The notes beneath the pieces were generated by a model that saw nothing but the letters and a program-made list of their open reading frames with translations, was not told the DNA's origin and did no database searches. A program made the translations under genes and the position numbers. This document shows positions 29,865 to 34,200 of a stretch of DNA of 34,200 nucleotides, one piece after another (within the stretch, counting starts at the first letter, position 1; each line of letters begins with the position of its first letter). Origin of the DNA: an uncultured bacterium (GTDB lineage Bacteria; Patescibacteriota; Minisyncoccia; Phycocordibacterales; UBA9973); assembly GCA_903904195.1 (NCBI GenBank), contig CAIVBM010000008.1, positions 1-34,200 of the forward strand, in the 5' to 3' direction.

Positions 29865-30707
29865 TTACCGCGATTCGGTTATTACTATAGCACGTTTTTT
29901 AGATGCATCAAACCACTGTATTTTCTTGTCACGTTTAAACCACTGCATCTGTCTTTTTGCATATTGTAGAGTTCCGCTCACTACTTTTTCATAAGTTGGG
30001 TCATTGTATTCAAAACCAAGCTCACTTAGTCTATTTTTTGATAATCTAGTTTGTTTTAATTTTTTAATTTCTTTAAGTAAGCCATCTTGAAACATCTTTT
30101 TTACTCTTTTTTCCACCTTATTTTTCAATTTATCTGATGGTAAATATAATCCAATTTTTATAAATTTATACAGCGGTGAAACCGCTGTAATTTTGGGGAC
30201 TCTACCTAAAACTTTAGCAATTTCAATTGCTCTGATTAATCTGACTTTGTTTTGTGGGTCAATATTTTTTGCGCGTCTTTTATCTAGCTTTTCTAAAATT
30301 TTGAAAAGTTGAAATGTAGATTTTTTATTTAGAATTTTTCTTAATTTTTGATTTGGTGGGACTTCTGGAAAAATGACACCTTTGGTAATAGCATCAATAT
30401 AGAATCCCGTGCCTCCACAAATTATTGGAGTCTTTCCTTTAGAAATTATTTCTTCTATTTTATTTTCAGCTAATTCTTTATATTCTGCGACTGTAAATTT
30501 GCGTTTTGGATTTGCTACATCTATCAGGTGATGGGGAATACCCTTCATCTCTTTCTTGGTGACTTTTCCCGTACCAATATCAAGGCCTTTATAAACTTGT
30601 CTTGAGTCAGCGGAGATTATTTCTCCATTTATCTTTTTAGCTAGTTTTATAGCCAAAGCACTTTTACCTGTAGCAGTCTGGCCTAGAATAACAATAACCT
30701 TTTTCAT
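29865..30707 (-). CDS. miaA: tRNA dimethylallyltransferase
   Basis: GQTATGKS, ISADSRQVY, GGTGFY, YAKRQMQWF. Confidence 0.97.
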   Translation of the reverse strand: MKKVIVILGQTATGKSALAIKLAKKINGEIISADSRQVYKGLDIGTGKVTKKEMKGIPHHLIDVANPKRKFTVAEYKELAENKIEEIISKGKTPIICGGTGFYIDAITKGVIFPEVPPNQKLRKILNKKSTFQLFKILEKLDKRRAKNIDPQNKVRLIRAIEIAKVLGRVPKITAVSPLYKFIKIGLYLPSDKLKNKVEKRVKKMFQDGLLKEIKKLKQTRLSKNRLSELGFEYNDPTYEKVVSGTLQYAKRQMQWFKRDKKIQWFDASKKRAIVITESR

Positions 30708-32242
30708 TAATTTCCTTTTATTATTTTAATGTCTGCGCCGATAGAATTTAGGCGTTCTGCTATTTCTTCATAACCACGATTTATCATATATACGTTTCGT
30801 AGAATAGATGTGCCACTGGCTCCGAGCATTGAAATAAGGATAACCATAGATGGTCGTAACGCTGGAGGACAGACTACTTGAGCAGGTTTTAATGTTGTTC
30901 CACCATTTATATATAAACGGTGCGGGTCTGCTAGAGTAATGTCTGCTCCTAGACGGTTTAAATCAGCTAGATAAATTGCTCTGTTTTCATAAACCCAGTC
31001 ATGAATCATTGTTTGACCTTTTGCTTTTATGGCTATGGGTACAAAGAAAGGCAAGTTGTCTATGTTTATCCCAGGATAAGGATTTGAATGTAGTTTATCG
31101 TCTAAGGCTTTTAGTTTACTTGGAAAGATTTCAATATCTACAAGCTTTGTTCTGCCATTATATGAATAATAGACATCCGAGAGTTTATATTTCAAATTCA
31201 TCCTTTTTAATTTTTCTAATTCTAAAGAAAGGAAATCAATAGGGGAACGAGTTATCGTGATTCTTGAATCAGTAATAATTCCGGCAGAAATAAACATCAT
31301 TGATTCTATTGGGTCTTCGCTATTCCAATATTCTATATTTTTATTTATTTCTGAAATTCCATGAATCGTCAATGACGCAGTGCCTATGCCATCTATTTTT
31401 ACCCCTAGTGCTTCAAGAAAGAAACACACTTCTTGCACCATATAATTTGCGCTAGCAAAACTAACCTTAGTAATCCCGGGGATAAGAGCAGATGCTGTGA
31501 GCACGTTTTCACAAGCTGTGTCACCGGATTCATACATTACTATTTCTGATGGTTTTAGATTTTTAGCTGTTATTTCGTAATTATTTCCTGTAGTTTTTAT
31601 CCTTGCTCCAAGTTTTTCTAATGCATAAATATGAGCGGCGATGGTTCTTTTACCTAGACTGCAACCATGCGCATGGGGAAGAGAAAAAGCAGATAACTTA
31701 TGAATAAGCGGACCAATTAACATCACCACAGAACGTGTTTTGATGGCTGATGTGACGTTGATATTTTCTAGATTAAATTTCTTTGGTGGGGTAATGATGA
31801 GGGTATTATGATCAAGCCATTTTATGTTGACTCCGATACTTTCAAGGATTTCTATGACTCTATAGACTTCTTCAATACGAGCGATGCCGTGCAAAGTAGT
31901 CACACCATCATTTAAAAGTGATGCACACAAAAGTCCCACTGAACCATTTTTAGAAAAGTTAGTTTTAATTTTTCCACTTAATTTTTTTCCTCCTCTTACT
32001 TCAAAATCCATTGATTCGTTTATGGAAACTATCTGATGATCTAAAACATCGCTTATTTTCAATAAAAGTTCGGTAGTAAAATTTTGTTCACCTTTTTCCA
32101 TGCGGGGGATAGAGCTTTGTGAAGTATTGAGTGCTTTTGCAAATTCACCTTGGGTCATACCCCTGTGTTCTCTCAGTTCTTTAATAAAAAACCCTATCTT
32201 TTGCTGTTCTGTCTGCAGATCACCTTTTCGTTCCTTTTTCAT
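30707..32242 (-). CDS. murA: UDP-GlcNAc 1-carboxyvinyltransferase with N-terminal XRE HTH
   Basis: XRE domain (IKELREHRGMTQGEFAKALNTSQSSIPRMEKG), then SKN, GCSLGKR with the active-site Cys, PYPG..D, ALR, RGYE. Confidence 0.9.
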   Translation of the reverse strand: MKKERKGDLQTEQQKIGFFIKELREHRGMTQGEFAKALNTSQSSIPRMEKGEQNFTTELLLKISDVLDHQIVSINESMDFEVRGGKKLSGKIKTNFSKNGSVGLLCASLLNDGVTTLHGIARIEEVYRVIEILESIGVNIKWLDHNTLIITPPKKFNLENINVTSAIKTRSVVMLIGPLIHKLSAFSLPHAHGCSLGKRTIAAHIYALEKLGARIKTTGNNYEITAKNLKPSEIVMYESGDTACENVLTASALIPGITKVSFASANYMVQEVCFFLEALGVKIDGIGTASLTIHGISEINKNIEYWNSEDPIESMMFISAGIITDSRITITRSPIDFLSLELEKLKRMNLKYKLSDVYYSYNGRTKLVDIEIFPSKLKALDDKLHSNPYPGINIDNLPFFVPIAIKAKGQTMIHDWVYENRAIYLADLNRLGADITLADPHRLYINGGTTLKPAQVVCPPALRPSMVILISMLGASGTSILRNVYMINRGYEEIAERLNSIGADIKIIKGN

Positions 32243-32249
32243 AACAGAC

Positions 32250-32277
32250 AGTATATCTCATATATGATATAATGCAA
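32250..32277 (-). promoter_or_regulatory. murA promoter with a palindromic operator candidate in the spacer
   Basis: TTGCAT-16-TATACT, 7 nt before ATG; 18-bp palindrome TATCTCATATATGATATA at 32254-32271. Confidence 0.65.
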
Positions 32278-32283
32278 ATAGGC

Positions 32284-32292
32284 TGTGGATAA
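32284..32292 (-). promoter_or_regulatory. Perfect DnaA-box 9-mer
   Basis: TGTGGATAA is the reverse complement of TTATCCACA; single copy. Confidence 0.4.
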
Positions 32293-32341
32293 CTTATTAA
32301 TAAATTGATTTTTGAATAAAATTCAAGTATTATCTATACAA

Positions 32342-32428
32342 GCCCAGGTGGCGGAATTGGTAGACGCGATAGACTCAAAATCTATTGTTGGCAACAACAT
32401 GAGAGTTCGATTCTCTCCCTGGGCACCA
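32342..32428 (+). tRNA. tRNA-Leu(CAA), CCA encoded
   Basis: Acceptor GCCCAGG/CCTGGGC, anticodon stem ATAGA/TCTAT with loop CTCAAAA, long variable arm. Confidence 0.96.
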
Positions 32429-32467
32429 TAAGTTTTTTTAATTTATATTTTGTGTTAAAATCAATTA

Positions 32468-33463
32468 ATGTCCAACATATATTCAAATTCAATTTTCTGG
32501 GTTGATACAGACAAAATCAAACCAAACCCTTATCAGCCAAGACGAGACTTTGATGAAGTTCGTTTGCAAGATCTAGCAAACTCTATAAAACAGTATGGAG
32601 TGCTTCAGCCACTGACGGTTTCTCGTACAGAGAAAGAAAAAGAAGGCGGAGGGCTAGTCACAGAATACGAACTCATCGCTGGAGAACGCAGACTTCGTGC
32701 AGCTGTTTTGGCAAATGTGTCCCAAGTGCCGGTAATAATCCGTGAAGGTGACACAGCTATTATGAAGCTAGAGCTTGCTATTATTGAAAACTTACAACGT
32801 GAGGATTTAAATGTTGTGGATCGCGCTCGAGCCTTTTTTCGTTTGGCTAGTGAATTCAAATTTACACACAACGAGATAGCAAAGAAAATGGGTAGAAGTA
32901 GAGAGTATGTTTCAAATTCTTTGCGTATTTTAACTTTGCCTGAAGAAATCTTGACTGGTCTAAGAGACGGTAAAATCAGCGAAGGTCACACCAGACCAAT
33001 ACTCATGCTCGCAGATCACCCACAAGAACAATTAGTTTTATTTAAAGAAATTGTTTACAAGAAGATTACAGTGCGTGAGGCAGAACGACTCGCCAGAAAA
33101 ATAGCTTTTGATAGAGTTCGCAAAAAGGAATTTATGCCTGACCCAGAAATAGTAGAGCTCGAAGAAGAGTTTCAAGAAAAGCTTGGAACTAGAGTTCATA
33201 TTGATAGAAAAGAGTTGGGTGGTCAAATCAAGATTGACTATTTTTCCACCGAAGACTTACGCGCTATTTTAGATTTGATAAATAAATCAAATGTAGGAAA
33301 GAAGCCAGAAGATATGCTTGAGAATCATATTACTAATCTACCCCCACAGACAGGAAATGAAGTTGAAGGAAATACATCCGAAGCGCCAGTAGATGACAGA
33401 TCAAAAGAAGAAGTGACTAAAGACGATAGTGAACTCTACAACATTTCTAATTTTAGCTTATAG
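32468..33463 (+). CDS. parB: ParB/Spo0J partition protein
   Basis: PNPYQPR, GVLQPL, IAGERRLRA, IENLQREDL, HTH. Confidence 0.95.
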   Translation: MSNIYSNSIFWVDTDKIKPNPYQPRRDFDEVRLQDLANSIKQYGVLQPLTVSRTEKEKEGGGLVTEYELIAGERRLRAAVLANVSQVPVIIREGDTAIMKLELAIIENLQREDLNVVDRARAFFRLASEFKFTHNEIAKKMGRSREYVSNSLRILTLPEEILTGLRDGKISEGHTRPILMLADHPQEQLVLFKEIVYKKITVREAERLARKIAFDRVRKKEFMPDPEIVELEEEFQEKLGTRVHIDRKELGGQIKIDYFSTEDLRAILDLINKSNVGKKPEDMLENHITNLPPQTGNEVEGNTSEAPVDDRSKEEVTKDDSELYNISNFSL

Positions 33464-33467
33464 GATT

Positions 33468-34200
33468 TTATGATTTACCGAAAGATTTTAGCTTATTAGC
33501 GAAGCTATTTTTTTCTAGATATGATTTTATGTGCTTTCTAGCGATAGTCGTCTTTGCATATTCAAGCCATTTACTAGATGGATGAGCATCTTTCTTTTTA
33601 ATTATTTCTACGATATCTCTGTTTTTTAAGATAGAAAAAATCTGACTCATTTTTCCATTTATTTTTGCTCCAGAAATATGATTACCAACATCTGAGTGTA
33701 TGTTATAAGCAAAATCTATAGGAGTAGAATTTTCTGGCAGGTCTATTACGTCACCCTCAGGAGTAAAAGCAAATATTCTGTCGCTGAAAAAATCAGCCTT
33801 CAAATTATCTAAGAATTTTTGAGGTTCATTTGGTGTGTAATTTAATCCATTTAATTCTTCTATCCATTTAAATTTAAGTTTGTCATTTTTAATTTTCTTA
33901 CCAGCGTCTTCTTTGTATGCAAAGTGTGCAGCGATACCATGCGCAGCTTCTGCATGCATTTCTCTTGTTCTTATTTGGACTTCTGCAGCCTTACCAGAAC
34001 CGATAAAGATGGTGGAATGGATAGATCTATAGCCGTTTGGTTTTGGAAGTGCTATGTAGTCCTTGATTCTACCTGGAAGCGGGTTCCAGATAGAGTGTAT
34101 GATTCCGAGCACTCTATAACATTCTTCTTCATTTTCTACGACAACACGCAAAGCGATAACATCGTAAATTTTTTCTATTTCCATGTTGTAACGCAAGAGC
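33468..34200 (-). CDS. RelA/SpoT family (p)ppGpp synthetase, C-terminal part (5' end outside window)
   Basis: DVIALR, RIKDYIALPKPNGYRSIH, EVQIRT, TGS domain FTPEG..TPIDFAYNIH. Confidence 0.93.
   Translation of the reverse strand, partial: LLRYNMEIEKIYDVIALRVVVENEEECYRVLGIIHSIWNPLPGRIKDYIALPKPNGYRSIHSTIFIGSGKAAEVQIRTREMHAEAAHGIAAHFAYKEDAGKKIKNDKLKFKWIEELNGLNYTPNEPQKFLDNLKADFFSDRIFAFTPEGDVIDLPENSTPIDFAYNIHSDVGNHISGAKINGKMSQIFSILKNRDIVEIIKKKDAHPSSKWLEYAKTTIARKHIKSYLEKNSFANKLKSFGKS

Noticed and set aside
32243-32467. oriC or parS near parB
   Set aside because: Only one DnaA box, a short spacer, no dnaA and no TGTTTCACGTGAAACA-like site seen

Overview
Core-genome window of a small, AT-rich bacterium. 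Gene content and style point to Patescibacteria/CPR (Parcubacteria-like; this is an inference), with genetic code 11. It carries gatB, a class I aldolase, rplY, rpmE-prfA, a complete F1Fo atpZBEFHAGDC cluster, rsmI, mreB, a holB-like gene, frr, rseP, ddl-alr, rpmG (missed by the ORF track), a ThDP enzyme plus SSADH-like pair, miaA, an HTH-MurA fusion, parB, a partial rel gene and tRNAs Ile(GAT), Trp(CCA) and Leu(CAA). The main unexplained signal is non-coding. (1) A ~135-155 nt multi-stem element occurs twice in opposite orientation inside the atp operon, with compensatory base changes in three stems, and a core-less relative lies after mreB. (2) A second family of long hairpins has copy-specific arms around a GC core containing GGGACCC; one copy is translated in-frame inside the holB-like gene. 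(3) There are several REP-like and heptamer repeats. Other points of interest are a sensor-less sigma54-activator AAA+ protein whose N-terminus resembles RpoN Region I, a candidate 2-oxoacid decarboxylase/aldehyde dehydrogenase shunt, a candidate operator for the HTH-MurA fusion, and a split between apparently leaderless core genes and Shine-Dalgarno-led orphan genes. All calls come from reading the sequence; no searches or folding programs were run.
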